A stretch of 64,000 bases of DNA, taken from an uncultured delta proteobacterium. GTDB lineage: Bacteria > Desulfobacterota > Desulfobaccia > Desulfobaccales > 0-14-0-80-60-11. Shown in pieces: positions 8,411 through 19,324 of the stretch. Position 1 is the first letter of the stretch; each line of letters begins with the position of its first letter. Below the pieces are notes generated by a model that saw only the letters and a program-made list of their open reading frames with translations, searched no databases and was not told the DNA's origin. The position numbers and the translations under genes are program-made. The DNA lies in assembly GCA_963812015.1 (NCBI GenBank), contig CAWETI010000003.1, forward strand, positions 1,472,001 to 1,536,000. The letters run 5' to 3'.

Positions 8411-11400
8411 TTACTTGGGAAAGGAAGTGGCTAACAACTCGCTCACCTTTCGGGCCAGATCGTCTGGCGAAAAGGGCTTTTGAATAAATGCGGTGTCTTC
8501 CTGTAAAATCCCGTGATGCACGATGGCGTTGTCGGTGTAGCCAGACATGAAGAGTACCCTCATCTGAGGATACAGCGATGCCATCTGGTCGGCCAGCTGG
8601 CGACCGCTCATGCGCGGCATTACCACGTCTGTCAGCATTAAGTGGATGGGACCTTCGTGGTCCTTGCAAATGCGCAACGCCTCGTCACCGTCCCTGGCCT
8701 CAAGAACCTCATACCCATGCATCTTGAGCACATCCATTATTAAGGGCCTCAGCCCATCATCATCTTCCACCACTAAGATGGTCTCATGGCCGGGCAACGG
8801 ATTGGCATGGCTCTCGGCCTGAGGCTTTTCCGCCGGTTCTTCCACACTGGGTAAATAGACTTTAAGCGTCGTGCCGACGCCAGCCTCGCTGTAGACCTCG
8901 ATGGACCCCCCGCTTTGCTTGACAATCCCGAACACGGTGGACAATCCCAACCCCGTCCCCTTCCCGATCTCCTTGGTGGTATAGAACGGCTCAAATATGT
9001 GGGCTCGCGTCTCCTCGTCCATGCCTGTACCATTGTCGCTTACCGTCATCATCACGAAATGGCCGGGGGAGACATAGGGATGGTCCCGGCAATAGGTCTC
9101 ATCCAGATAGACGTCGCACGTTTCAATGGTGAGCTTACCGCCCTGGGGCATGGCATCTTTGGCATTGACGGCTAGGTTTAATATGATCTGTTCTATCTGC
9201 CCTTTGTCAGCCTTCATAGATGGCAGGGCCGAGTCAAGTTTTAGGACAAGCTCAAGATCTTCCCCAATCACCCTTTCCAACATCTTTTCTAAATCAGTGA
9301 CGACCTCGTTGAGGTTGATGATCTCGAGCTGTTGGATTTGTCTGCGGCTGAAGGCCAGAAGCTGCCGGGTCAACGAGGCGGCCCGAACTGCGGCACGCTT
9401 GATCTCTCCCAAGTAACCACAGAGGGGATCATTTTCTTTCAGCCCCATCAACATGATTTCGGTATACCCTATAATGACGCCCAAAATGTTGTTAAAATCA
9501 TGAGCTATTCCTCCTGCCAGCCTCCCCACCGCTTCCATCTTTTGAGCCTGGAGGAACTGGGCCTCCAGTTTCTTGAGGGGGGTGATGTCCATAAAATATC
9601 CGAGAACTGCCCTCTGGCCTTTATATTGGGTAGGAGTGACCGTTTCCATCACCCAACCCGCTTCCCCACTCTTGTTAGTGAATTGGTATTCATAAGGGGA
9701 CAAACCTTCTCCCTTTAACCGTTGAATGGCTTGCTCCCGTACGAATGCTCGGTATCCAGGGCTCACCGAAATTAGACAGTTCTGGCCCAACAGGTCTTGG
9801 GCAGTGTAGCCGGTGATGGCTTCAACCCCGGGATTGATCATGGCAAACTTGCCATGCTGGATAATATAGATGCCCATGGGGGCATGGTTCACCAGGGATT
9901 GGAAGGCCTCTTCCGCCTCCTTGCGCTCGGTGAAATCGCGATTGGAGGCCCGGCGGCCCAATGGCTGGCCATCGGTCCCAAATACGGGCTGACAGCTATG
10001 GTTTACCCAGAACTCTTGGCCGTTGCGATGGATCAGGCGAAAATCCAGGTTTCTGGGTTCATCAAGAGATCTGACCTCCTCCATATGGTTGACGAACAGG
10101 GCTTGATCCTCAGGGTGGAGGATTTGGAAGAGCAGTTGGGGATCTTCCTGAAAAGCCTGGAAAGAATACCCGGTGAGGCGCTCACTGGCGGGGGACATGT
10201 AAAGAATTTTCCCATCAGAGGCAACCCAGTACTCCATGTCGTAGGTGTAATCCGCCACCATCCGGTAGCGCTCTTCTGAAGCGAGCAAAGCCTCTTCCGC
10301 CTGTTTATGTTCGGTGATGTCCTCATAGACACCCAGAACCCCAACGACTTCACCACTGGGCTGAATCAACGGTACTTTGCTGGTTTTCAGCCAGATCTTG
10401 TCACCCGCGGGGGTGGTTTGGGGCTCGACAATGTTTATTTTGGAGCGGCGAGACTCCATGACTTGGCGGTCGTCCCTCCGGTAGGGGTCCGCTTGTTCCT
10501 TCCAGCCCATGGCAAAGTCGTCCTTGCCCAGAAGCTGTTGCGGATTACTGAAACCTGCATCGTGGGCGAATAGGGTATTGCAACCCATGTAGCGAAGATC
10601 ATTGTCCTTCCAGAAGACCCTGACGGGTATCGATTCTATAATCAATTGCAGCATATCCCGGGATTGCTCAAGCCGGTGGGCGAAATCCTGTAACTCATTA
10701 TGATTCTTAGCTAACAGTTCCTCGGCCCGCTTGCGTTGGCTGATGTCCTCAAATATGGCTACTCCCCCTGACAATGCTCCGTCCGTCGAGAATATCGGCT
10801 GGAAAATCGCCCTTACCGGGGTTGTTTTTCCTGCGGTAACCGAAAGGTAGTCACCTTCGTAATAACCTTCTTCGCCTTTGAGGGAGGCAGCTACCGCCTC
10901 CCGCATCTTGTCGTCGCGTAGTTGCCGCATCATGTTGAAGCCGATGAATTTCTCTTTTGGGGCACCGATGATCTCCGCATACTTCTCATTGCAATTAGTA
11001 ATGGTACTCGTCTGGTCATAGTGCATGATACCCAAGGGAGCCTTTTCAAAAACCAACCGAAACTTCTCCTCACTCTCCCGCAGGGCTTCTAATGCTTGCC
11101 GGCGCAAGGTAAAGTCTTCGAATATGCCCACCCCGCCAAGGAATTCGTTGTCCGGTGAAAAGATCCCTTGGAAAATAGCCCGTACCGAGGTCAGATTGCC
11201 GCCAAGGACTGAAAGGTAGTCGCCTTCGTAGAAGCCACACTGTCCCTTCATGGATGTCAGAATCGTCTCCCGAATTCGTTTATTTTGCAATTGCCGGAGC
11301 AAATTGAACCCGATGATCTTTTCCTTAGGCGCCCCAATGATCTCCGCAAACTTGTCATTGCAATCCGCCAAGGTTCCCGTCTCATCAAAGTGGAAAATCC

Positions 11401-13087
11401 CTACGGGGTTGTTTTGGAATACCAATTTGTACTTAGTTTCTGAGCTCTGGATACGGGCGGTGGCATCTATGCCCAAGCCGAGGATGGTCAAGAATGCAAT
11501 CACTCCCAAACATACGAACAGGGTGATGCTGATTCCCATGAGCCGGCCCAACATGATAGGGCGCATAGGACTTAGGATCAGCGCGGACCAGTCCTCCCAG
11601 GGTAATGGCTGGCGCAGGGCCAGTTGGGGCGTCCCCTGGAACCGTGCTTCGGCTCGGTCCACCGGTTCTCGGTTCAAAATGGGCGTAAACGGGCCTGGCC
11701 CGAATTGACGGGAGGCCTGCAGTTTCTCCTTGGTCTCCCGGGCCAGGGGCCACAGGCTTTGCAGGACCATTTCCGGCCGGTTGGTCATGATTACAATACC
11801 GTCGGAGTCAATCACAAAACCCGGGGTATCCGCTGGAAAGAACCCCTTCATATCACTGATGGGACGCTTGAAGACCGCAACCCCAACTATCTTTCCGGCG
11901 CGGTCTCGCACCGGGCAACTGGCGTAAAAACCCAGTTCCTTGGAGGTCACCCCCAGGGCCCAATACCTCCCCGGTATTTCCGTAATCGCTTGCTGGAAAT
12001 AGGGCCGGAACTTATAAGACTTACCCACAAAGCTGTCCGGCTGGTGGCGGTTGGAGGAGGCGATGGTCAGGCCGTTGAGGTCCATCAAATAGCAGACCGA
12101 TCCAGGCAAGGCCAGGCTGTAGCGGTCCAGAATCGAGTTGGCTTGCTCAATGGTCTGGGTGTCCCTATGCTCCAAGGCAGGGCGAATCCAGGGTGATCCG
12201 GCCATGGTGTTGGCCAGATTTTCGGCTTCCTCCATTTTATCGGCCATAAACCGGTACAAGATTTTGACATGACTCTCTTGCTTAGTTCTTATATCTTTAA
12301 AGACGGCATCGCCGAAATACTGGGTGGTGAACCAGCCAGCCACCAGTAAGGCGGTCACCGCGACCACGCCTCCGAGCATCAAGGTTTTACTCCACACCCG
12401 AATGCGGCGTCCGGTTTCCTGGGGCAGGGAGACATGGGCCAGGAGAAAGAGGCAGGCGCTTAACCAGAGGGCCAGCAAGCCCTTCACCAACTGGATGGGC
12501 AGGCCGGTCAGCGCCAGGAATGATTCCGAGTTGAGTTGGGCGGCGGGGAAAAAGGGCGCTGGTGTAACCACCAAGTTGGTCAGGGCATAACCAAGCATTC
12601 CCAGGGCCGCACCTTGCAAGGCTCTTCTCCCAGCCCCGGTGACTTTGGAGGCTATGTATAGCGTCCCAGCAGCCCAAAGACCGCCCCCAAATCCCAGAAC
12701 ATAGCGGCTAACCGCAGAAAATCCGGAAAGGCCGGCAAAAAATCCCAATAGGGAAACGCCCAGGAGCGCAGCCAGGATCCAGCGGCCGGGACCGCGGCCT
12801 CGAAGGGTAAAGGTGCCGGCCCGCCCAAATTCCACCAGAAAGACGAAAGAGCCGGTGGCCAGGACCAGCCTTGCCAGGTTAAAGGCGGTGTCACTCCCCA
12901 GACTCAGGGTCAGCAGACCTATCAACTCGTTTACTCCGTGGAAGGCGCCAAACGCGCCCAGCCACACCCAGGCCAACTGCGGCTGGGGTCTCCGCTTCAA
13001 TATCTGGCAGATGGGCGCCAGGAGGATGAATGCCAGCCCATAGAAGAAAAAGATATAATCGATCTGGGATCTGAAAAAGTCAGCCAT
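8411..13087 (-). CDS. Hybrid sensor histidine kinase (multi-TM, Cache, multiple PAS, HisKA, HATPase, REC)
   Basis: FRPYF Cache motif, repeated PAS domains, AHDFNN H-box, GKGTGLGL, TDVVMP receiver. Confidence 0.93.
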   Translation of the reverse strand: MADFFRSQIDYIFFFYGLAFILLAPICQILKRRPQPQLAWVWLGAFGAFHGVNELIGLLTLSLGSDTAFNLARLVLATGSFVFLVEFGRAGTFTLRGRGPGRWILAALLGVSLLGFFAGLSGFSAVSRYVLGFGGGLWAAGTLYIASKVTGAGRRALQGAALGMLGYALTNLVVTPAPFFPAAQLNSESFLALTGLPIQLVKGLLALWLSACLFLLAHVSLPQETGRRIRVWSKTLMLGGVVAVTALLVAGWFTTQYFGDAVFKDIRTKQESHVKILYRFMADKMEEAENLANTMAGSPWIRPALEHRDTQTIEQANSILDRYSLALPGSVCYLMDLNGLTIASSNRHQPDSFVGKSYKFRPYFQQAITEIPGRYWALGVTSKELGFYASCPVRDRAGKIVGVAVFKRPISDMKGFFPADTPGFVIDSDGIVIMTNRPEMVLQSLWPLARETKEKLQASRQFGPGPFTPILNREPVDRAEARFQGTPQLALRQPLPWEDWSALILSPMRPIMLGRLMGISITLFVCLGVIAFLTILGLGIDATARIQSSETKYKLVFQNNPVGIFHFDETGTLADCNDKFAEIIGAPKEKIIGFNLLRQLQNKRIRETILTSMKGQCGFYEGDYLSVLGGNLTSVRAIFQGIFSPDNEFLGGVGIFEDFTLRRQALEALRESEEKFRLVFEKAPLGIMHYDQTSTITNCNEKYAEIIGAPKEKFIGFNMMRQLRDDKMREAVAASLKGEEGYYEGDYLSVTAGKTTPVRAIFQPIFSTDGALSGGVAIFEDISQRKRAEELLAKNHNELQDFAHRLEQSRDMLQLIIESIPVRVFWKDNDLRYMGCNTLFAHDAGFSNPQQLLGKDDFAMGWKEQADPYRRDDRQVMESRRSKINIVEPQTTPAGDKIWLKTSKVPLIQPSGEVVGVLGVYEDITEHKQAEEALLASEERYRMVADYTYDMEYWVASDGKILYMSPASERLTGYSFQAFQEDPQLLFQILHPEDQALFVNHMEEVRSLDEPRNLDFRLIHRNGQEFWVNHSCQPVFGTDGQPLGRRASNRDFTERKEAEEAFQSLVNHAPMGIYIIQHGKFAMINPGVEAITGYTAQDLLGQNCLISVSPGYRAFVREQAIQRLKGEGLSPYEYQFTNKSGEAGWVMETVTPTQYKGQRAVLGYFMDITPLKKLEAQFLQAQKMEAVGRLAGGIAHDFNNILGVIIGYTEIMLMGLKENDPLCGYLGEIKRAAVRAASLTRQLLAFSRRQIQQLEIINLNEVVTDLEKMLERVIGEDLELVLKLDSALPSMKADKGQIEQIILNLAVNAKDAMPQGGKLTIETCDVYLDETYCRDHPYVSPGHFVMMTVSDNGTGMDEETRAHIFEPFYTTKEIGKGTGLGLSTVFGIVKQSGGSIEVYSEAGVGTTLKVYLPSVEEPAEKPQAESHANPLPGHETILVVEDDDGLRPLIMDVLKMHGYEVLEARDGDEALRICKDHEGPIHLMLTDVVMPRMSGRQLADQMASLYPQMRVLFMSGYTDNAIVHHGILQEDTAFIQKPFSPDDLARKVSELLATSFPK

Positions 13088-13661
13088 ATCTGGCTACTCC
13101 TTTTCCTGATAAGCGGGTCTAAATAATCTCTTTATCCCAATCCTCAGCCTCGAAACTAAACCCATCTCAGTGAACTGAGATTACGCGGCAGCCTTAGCTG
13201 CGTTTCTCACAAATTGATGCGTTAAACCTGTTTCCCCGATTTCCAATCTATCAAACACTTTTTCCCAAGGCAACAATCTCTTGTAAGCATCATAGCACAA
13301 AAATATTTAAGGAATCGGTTTTCCATTTAAAGTGCGGGCACACTAGTGACCATTACTGTCGCTGTATCGGCGCTGTGCGGACTAAAAAACCCCAAGTCGG
13401 CATCTCCCGTCAATGGGGAACTATTGAAACAGCTGAGTCTAATTTAGGAAGGAATTATTGAAACCAGGGGATAGAGAACCAAAGCCTTGAGGAGAGAAGC
13501 TGAAGCAGGTTTTGACCGAAAATTAAAGATAACATGGTGATTCTGCAAGCTTTTATTGCTATCCTTGGCACAAGCGGTTATCAATGCTCATTTATTCATC
13601 TGAGCTTGCTGGAATATTCGTGTCTCATAAGCGCCTAAATAATTTGAGGACAAATAACTCA

Positions 13662-14786
13662 TTAATTAGCCACAACTGCCTGATTACCCTCGAATTTAAA
13701 ATCCTTTTCGGTAAATAGTCTTATGCAGGCATCCACAATTTCTCCATCATAAAGGACACCTTTGTTTTGATAGATCTCTTTCAAGGCCACACTCAAACCC
13801 AAGGCAGGTCGGTATGGTCGGTGGGAATTCATGGCTTCCATTACATCGGCCACGCCGATTATCTTCGCCTCTAAAAGGATTTCCTGGTCGACAAGACCGT
13901 GTGGATACCCCGAGCCATTTAGCCTTTCGTGATGTTGGAGAACCATTCCGGCAATAGGCCAGGGGAAATCAATACATTTAAGGATATCGTAACCGATCTC
14001 AGAATGAAGCCTGATCAGTCCCATCTCTGCTTCATGCAGTTTTCCTGGCTTGGACAGCACATCTGAGGGGACTCCTATCTTTCCAATATCGTGGACGAAT
14101 GCGGCTAATCGCAACCCTTCAATTCTTTCCACTGGCAGCCTAATTTCTTGGGCTATTCCACAGGCAAGGTGCCCCACTCGCTGTTGGTGTCCTGCGGTGT
14201 AAGGGTCTCTTTTCTCCAGGGTTGAAACAAGTGCCCCTACCGTGTTTTCAAGCAGTCCTTTGACCCTCATAAGAGTCTGATGGAGTTGGCATAGAATGTT
14301 TTTCTCTCGTATGATCCGGAAAATCTTGGCGTTTAATTCACCCATAGAAAAAGGCTTGGCAATAAAGTCAGAGGCTCCAGCATTAATGATATCTTCATAG
14401 GAATATTCTGGAGCATAACCTGTCATAATAATGAATGGCATATAAGGATGTTTTTGGTGAACCTGTTGCATCAGTTCTATCCCATCCTTTCCCCTCATTT
14501 TAATGTCACTAATTACCAAATCAATACTCTCTTGATCGAGGATTTCCAAAGCCTTAAATGCATTCGTCGCTGTCGTATGTGAAAACCTCCTCATCTGCAG
14601 ATAGTCTTTAAGAAGTCTTACGAAAGCCTCATCGTCCTCTACTACCAAGATAGATGCCGCTGCCACAACTAACTCCCCATTGCACAGGCAAGCATTTTCT
14701 GTTTTACCTGAAGTGGAAAGCAGCTTTATTTGAGCATTCAGAGATGATAGATCTTTGGCAATTTCTTGTGCATTTATCTGGGGCAT
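13662..14786 (-). CDS. REC + HD-GYP c-di-GMP phosphodiesterase
   Basis: SDIKM receiver, HDIGKI, HHERLNGSGYP, RPYR. Confidence 0.92.
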   Translation of the reverse strand: MPQINAQEIAKDLSSLNAQIKLLSTSGKTENACLCNGELVVAAASILVVEDDEAFVRLLKDYLQMRRFSHTTATNAFKALEILDQESIDLVISDIKMRGKDGIELMQQVHQKHPYMPFIIMTGYAPEYSYEDIINAGASDFIAKPFSMGELNAKIFRIIREKNILCQLHQTLMRVKGLLENTVGALVSTLEKRDPYTAGHQQRVGHLACGIAQEIRLPVERIEGLRLAAFVHDIGKIGVPSDVLSKPGKLHEAEMGLIRLHSEIGYDILKCIDFPWPIAGMVLQHHERLNGSGYPHGLVDQEILLEAKIIGVADVMEAMNSHRPYRPALGLSVALKEIYQNKGVLYDGEIVDACIRLFTEKDFKFEGNQAVVAN

Positions 14787-15433
14787 CGATTGGTCCTCCT
14801 ACTAAGCAGCAACTATTAAATTGTGATGATACAATCGATATTATAAATTTAGAATAATATGTTCTTCGGATTCGAGTTATATCTGAATGTTTTCGACTGT
14901 ACTAAGATAACTGAATTTAGCTTGTCATTCCAATTTATGTTATTTAATGATTAATTTACTTAAGCTATTTCCATATTGGTAATTTTTGTTATAAAGATAT
15001 CTCTGGATTACAATTATTCGCCTGATAAACTATAAAAATCATAATATATGGCTTTCTTTTTACAATCAGTGATAACCCTAAATTTAAAGTTCGAAAATCC
15101 TGGTTTATAGTGTGAATAGTTAAGGATAGGATGATTAAGTAATCTTCTGGGGTAGCTTCCTGCGTTATTGTCTGATTTTTTAGAAGCAATACCTGAAAAG
15201 CCCTATTAGTGGGGATATATATAAATCATCGATTCTCGAGCGTGGGATGATGATCTTGGGGCTTATTTTAAAAAAATCTTTAGTTTAAAAATCACTAAGA
15301 AAGGTGTCCAGCACCGAATGAAAGAATCGTTAACTGCCATTTATTGGCAATATGATCTCAATTTGTGGGGTGGCTTTTTTAGTTCAGGAAAATATCAGGT
15401 GCCTACAATAAAAGAAGGGGAGAATATCGATAT

Positions 15434-16696
15434 CTATTCAGGGATTTCATTACCAGGAAAGCTGTGTGCATGTTCTGCGTAATTTAATTTAGTAACATTA
15501 TTTACATTATCTATTTGAACAGAGTCCAACACTTCCCGTATTTTTACTACAAGCGTTATGAGAGAGAAGGGCTTCTGGATAAATGCCGCAGTCTTATCTA
15601 AAGCTAAATGGTGGACAACAATGTCTTCCATATGGCCGGACATGTAAATCACCTCCATTTGGGGATTCAAAGGTAATAAACATTCGGCCAAGTGTCCCCC
15701 CCCCATCTGGGGCATCACTACATCCGTCAACATCAAATGGATCAGTCCCTGGTGTTGCTTACAAATCCGCAGGGCCTCTTCGCCGCAGCGGGCACTCAGC
15801 ACCGTATATCCATACTCTACAAGGGCATCACTTATTAGCTCTCGCAGTTTATCCTCATCTTCCACCACCAGAACTGTTTCTGAGCCTCGTAGCTGGTCAG
15901 ATTCAGCAATTTGTAGCGACCTACAAGCCTTTTTAGCCCTGGTTTTCACCGTGGGGAAGAATATTTTAAAGGTAGTTCCTTGTCCTGGTTCGCTATATAC
16001 TTCAATAAAGCCACCATTCTGTTTGACGATCTCATGGGTGGCGGAGAGGCCAATACCGGGCCCCTTCCCAGTTTCTTCGGTGCTAAAAAATGGTTCAAAA
16101 ATATGGGCACGGGCCTTTTTATCCATACCCCTGCCGGTATCGCTCACTATCAGCATAGCGTAGGCACCGGATGAGACGTCAAGGTGCCTGGATAGATAGG
16201 ATTTGTTTAGAGAAACATTAGCAGTTTCAATACTTAGTCGACCTCCTTGAGGCATGGCATTCCGTGCGTTGACCGCTAAATTCATCAGGACCTGTTCCAA
16301 TTGGCCGGGATCTATTGTTACGATTATCGCGTCCGGACCAAGATTCAGGACCAGTTCGATATCTTCCCCAATGAGACGGTGCAGCATTTTATCTATTTCA
16401 ATGACAATACTATTCAAATCGACTTCCCGAGGTTGGGTTCTCTGCCGGTGGCTTAAAGTTAGCAATTGACGGGTCAAGAAAACGGCTTGTTCCGCAGCTT
16501 CTTTAATCCCTTTGACATGAGGGTGGAATTTATCATCTGGACTCATTTCCTTCATCATGATAGCCAGATGCAATATGATAATCCCCAGCATATTACTGAA
16601 GTCGTGGGCCAACCCTCCTGCTAACCTCCCCACCGCTTCCATTTTCTGGGCCTCGAGGAATTGGTCCTGAAGTTGCTCTCGTTCATTGTTGTCCAT
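15434..16696 (-). CDS. Hybrid histidine kinase without a sensor domain (HisKA-HATPase-REC)
   Basis: QKMEAVGRLAGGLAHDFSN within the first 35 aa; receiver TDVVMP. Confidence 0.85.
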   Translation of the reverse strand: MDNNEREQLQDQFLEAQKMEAVGRLAGGLAHDFSNMLGIIILHLAIMMKEMSPDDKFHPHVKGIKEAAEQAVFLTRQLLTLSHRQRTQPREVDLNSIVIEIDKMLHRLIGEDIELVLNLGPDAIIVTIDPGQLEQVLMNLAVNARNAMPQGGRLSIETANVSLNKSYLSRHLDVSSGAYAMLIVSDTGRGMDKKARAHIFEPFFSTEETGKGPGIGLSATHEIVKQNGGFIEVYSEPGQGTTFKIFFPTVKTRAKKACRSLQIAESDQLRGSETVLVVEDEDKLRELISDALVEYGYTVLSARCGEEALRICKQHQGLIHLMLTDVVMPQMGGGHLAECLLPLNPQMEVIYMSGHMEDIVVHHLALDKTAAFIQKPFSLITLVVKIREVLDSVQIDNVNNVTKLNYAEHAHSFPGNEIPE

Positions 16697-16801
16697 AAGT
16701 TATCCCAAAGGGGAACTCGGTTCGGTGCGCTGGACTCAATTTCAAAGTCTAAACTGTAAGAAACCCTCTACTAACATGCAAGCCTTCCTTGAGAAGTTGC
16801 T

Positions 16802-17119
16802 CTAATCTTCCGGAGCGACCCAGGAAATATTTGTTTTATTGATGATAAATACTTTGCTATCCTGCCATTCTGCAGTAGCGTCGAACACCACTATAAAGGG
16901 GTTTCGACCAAATGTAAATAGATCGCTCACTCTTTGATAAAAAATTCCCATCTCATTATTATGCTTATCTATCATCTCAATTTCTTGGGTAGATTCGCAG
17001 AGTAAATTAATTTTACCCCTTACAATGGCCCCATCCATTAGTTTTATGGTCACATGTCTGTGCTCAATTTGCTTATAAAACATATTATGAACATTATTTT
17101 GTCCCCGAACGTTGATCAT
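16802..17119 (-). CDS. Small hypothetical protein (DUF6812-like)
   Basis: RGKINL...RVSDLF...FIVVFDA...IINKTNISWVAP; GGAGG RBS. Confidence 0.65.
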   Translation of the reverse strand: MINVRGQNNVHNMFYKQIEHRHVTIKLMDGAIVRGKINLLCESTQEIEMIDKHNNEMGIFYQRVSDLFTFGRNPFIVVFDATAEWQDSKVFIINKTNISWVAPED

Positions 17120-17494
17120 AATATCGCCTCCTTACGATATATGTTAAATTGAACATTCTTGTTTATTCTTAATAAAGGTTAATTGGTGTAGATAAATTTT
17201 GTTGATAAACTTCTTTGATAGAATTTATTCATTCAATTAATGGACCAACCCGGTTGACTTGGGTAATTCATTTAGTTCCATAATTTTTAACCTTTGATAC
17301 GGATTATAATGGTGCCCCGTCAAAAGCGCCATAGGGAAATCCACTGATTTTTGGGGAAGAAAAATACTGGTTAATAAAGGGGTGGATAGATGATTATTTT
17401 TTTGAATTCGGCTTAATTGGATTTACCGGTCATGGTTTTTCCCCAGCAATCTGTAATCGAAAACTACTTTATGCCGCAAAAATAGGCACGTTTA

Positions 17495-17592
17495 ACTTGC
17501 CAAACCCGGCAATTATCCCCAAACCCGGAAAAGTTGAAGATATGATCCGCATAGTGAAGGAGGTTTGCCTGATCACGTTTTGACGACCATAG
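17495..17592 (+). repeat. Island repeat copy C
   Basis: ACTTGCCA-N7-CAATTATC, GATATG at +44, CGACCATAG at +89 (same offsets as copy B). Confidence 0.75.
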
Positions 17593-17754
17593 ATCATCAA
17601 CCGCTTGGGTCCCTGCCCATTGGCATCACTGTCTCAGGTCACTGGCCGGTGCCGGTAGCGGTGCTATTATTTCTTTAATCGTTTTTTGCGGAGAACCACC
17701 ATCTCCTTGAGGTTTCGGTTGGCAAATTTTTAAACGAAAGCATTTATCCGTGCT

Positions 17755-18879
17755 TTAGCCTTCCTGCCGTATGACTGCAACGCGAATCTGCTGCACCGCG
17801 ATCAACGAAACCACGCTCATCGCAGCCCCGGCAACAAAGGGAATGCGGTAGTCCACCATCCACAACAACCCGCCGATGGCTGGAAGAAACACTGCGGCAA
17901 TGTGGTTGATGGTGAAGCCCATTGCCATGCTGGGAGCAATGTCCCGGGGGTCCGCCACCTTCTGGAAGAAGGTCTGGATGGCAATGGCAAAATTGAAAAA
18001 AACATGATCCAAGATGAACAGAATCGACAGGACAAGTTTGGATTGTACCAGGGCGTAGGCCAGGAAGATAAAGAATAGGCTGAAATATTCCAATGACAGC
18101 ACTTTCCGTTCGCCAAAGCGCAGGATGCTTTTCCCGATTATTGGGCTCAGGAAATAATTGATCAGGTCATTAATCACAAACAGGATGGTTATGTGCTGAA
18201 GGGTGAAATGGCACCTTTTCACCAGCAGGAATACTGCAAAGGCCATAAAAATCTGGCGGCGTGCGCCGCCCATAAAGGTGAGGAAATAAAAGAGCCAATA
18301 CTTCTTGCGAAAAATCATCTTTTTGTGCTGGGGGATAATATCGCGGTGGGTTGGATCGTGCAGCAGGCCCCAGATGCTGGCTGCGACGATGGCACCTCCG
18401 ATAATCAAATAGATTTGGGTGTAATTCAATAGAGCCGCCAGGCAGTAAATCAAAATCCCAATAACCACGCTGGAAGCCGAGGCCAGACTGCGCATTTTGC
18501 CAAACACCCAGGGTGATTGGGTGGCGTCAAAATATTGCAGGGTCAACGACTGATTCGTGGTCTCGTAATAGTGAAAGCCGAAACTCATGATGAGCGTGGT
18601 GAGAATGAGGCCCAGGTAGGAAGGGAACCAGCCGGTTACCGCCAGCCCCAGCCCCAGGAAGAGAATAGACAGGGCGGACAGGCGATGTTCCTTGATCACC
18701 AGCATGATAAAAACCGCCAGCAGGGCCAGGAAACCTGGAATTTCCCGTATGGACTGGATCATGCCGATGTGGCTGCCATCCAAATGCGCCACATCTACGG
18801 CAAAATTATTGAAGAGGGTAAGCCAGGCTTTCAGGCCAACCGTCGAGCTGATGGTAAGCACCATCAGGAAACGAAACAT
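17755..18879 (-). CDS. MFS transporter
   Basis: About 12 TM segments, SIREIPGFLAL, GFHYYET; start uncertain (ORF open to 19086). Confidence 0.88.
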   Translation of the reverse strand: MFRFLMVLTISSTVGLKAWLTLFNNFAVDVAHLDGSHIGMIQSIREIPGFLALLAVFIMLVIKEHRLSALSILFLGLGLAVTGWFPSYLGLILTTLIMSFGFHYYETTNQSLTLQYFDATQSPWVFGKMRSLASASSVVIGILIYCLAALLNYTQIYLIIGGAIVAASIWGLLHDPTHRDIIPQHKKMIFRKKYWLFYFLTFMGGARRQIFMAFAVFLLVKRCHFTLQHITILFVINDLINYFLSPIIGKSILRFGERKVLSLEYFSLFFIFLAYALVQSKLVLSILFILDHVFFNFAIAIQTFFQKVADPRDIAPSMAMGFTINHIAAVFLPAIGGLLWMVDYRIPFVAGAAMSVVSLIAVQQIRVAVIRQEG

Positions 18880-19204
18880 GGCATTTTGGTTAGTTTGTGG
18901 CACTGAGGATTGTTCCGAAATTATGCGGCCGTCCTGGCCCCATAGTCCAAAAATAGTTTTGGGGACCTCCTTGGTTCGATGCCCCCCGCAAAAGGTATCA
19001 TCCTTTGAGCTGCCTCTCTCATGGACGGCATGGTACCACCAATTTCGCTGAAAAGTAATTCCTTGATGAATGTTGGCATACCACACCCTTAGAACCCGGA
19101 CAGCTCGGTGTCATGGAGCTTAAAGACCCCAAGCACTGGCTGCGGCGACACGTGCATACCACTATTTTTGGGAATAGGGATTAACGATAAGGAAATAGCA
19201 AGTT

Positions 19205-19270
19205 ACTTGCCACGATCGACAATTATCGTCGGACCGGAAAAAATTCCAGATATGATCTGATTATCTGAAT
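19205..19270 (+). repeat. Island repeat copy D (left two subsites)
   Basis: ACTTGCCA-N7-CAATTATC...AAATTCCAGATATG, GATATG at +44. Confidence 0.78.
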
Positions 19271-19324
19271 CCCTTCCTTTGTCCTGAAGTTGGGTAATTT
19301 CTTCTTTTCATTTAAACTAAATCC

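Noticed and set aside
13180..13330. Small minus-strand ORF ending ...FVRNAAKAAA followed by a hairpin
   Set aside because: In-frame stop just upstream and no RBS; at most an unidentifiable remnant.
5043..19270. Classical integron attC sites or CRISPR repeats
   Set aside because: No RYYYAAC/GTTRRRY ends or long hairpin; spacing is kilobases and irregular; the recombinase is far shorter than IntI.
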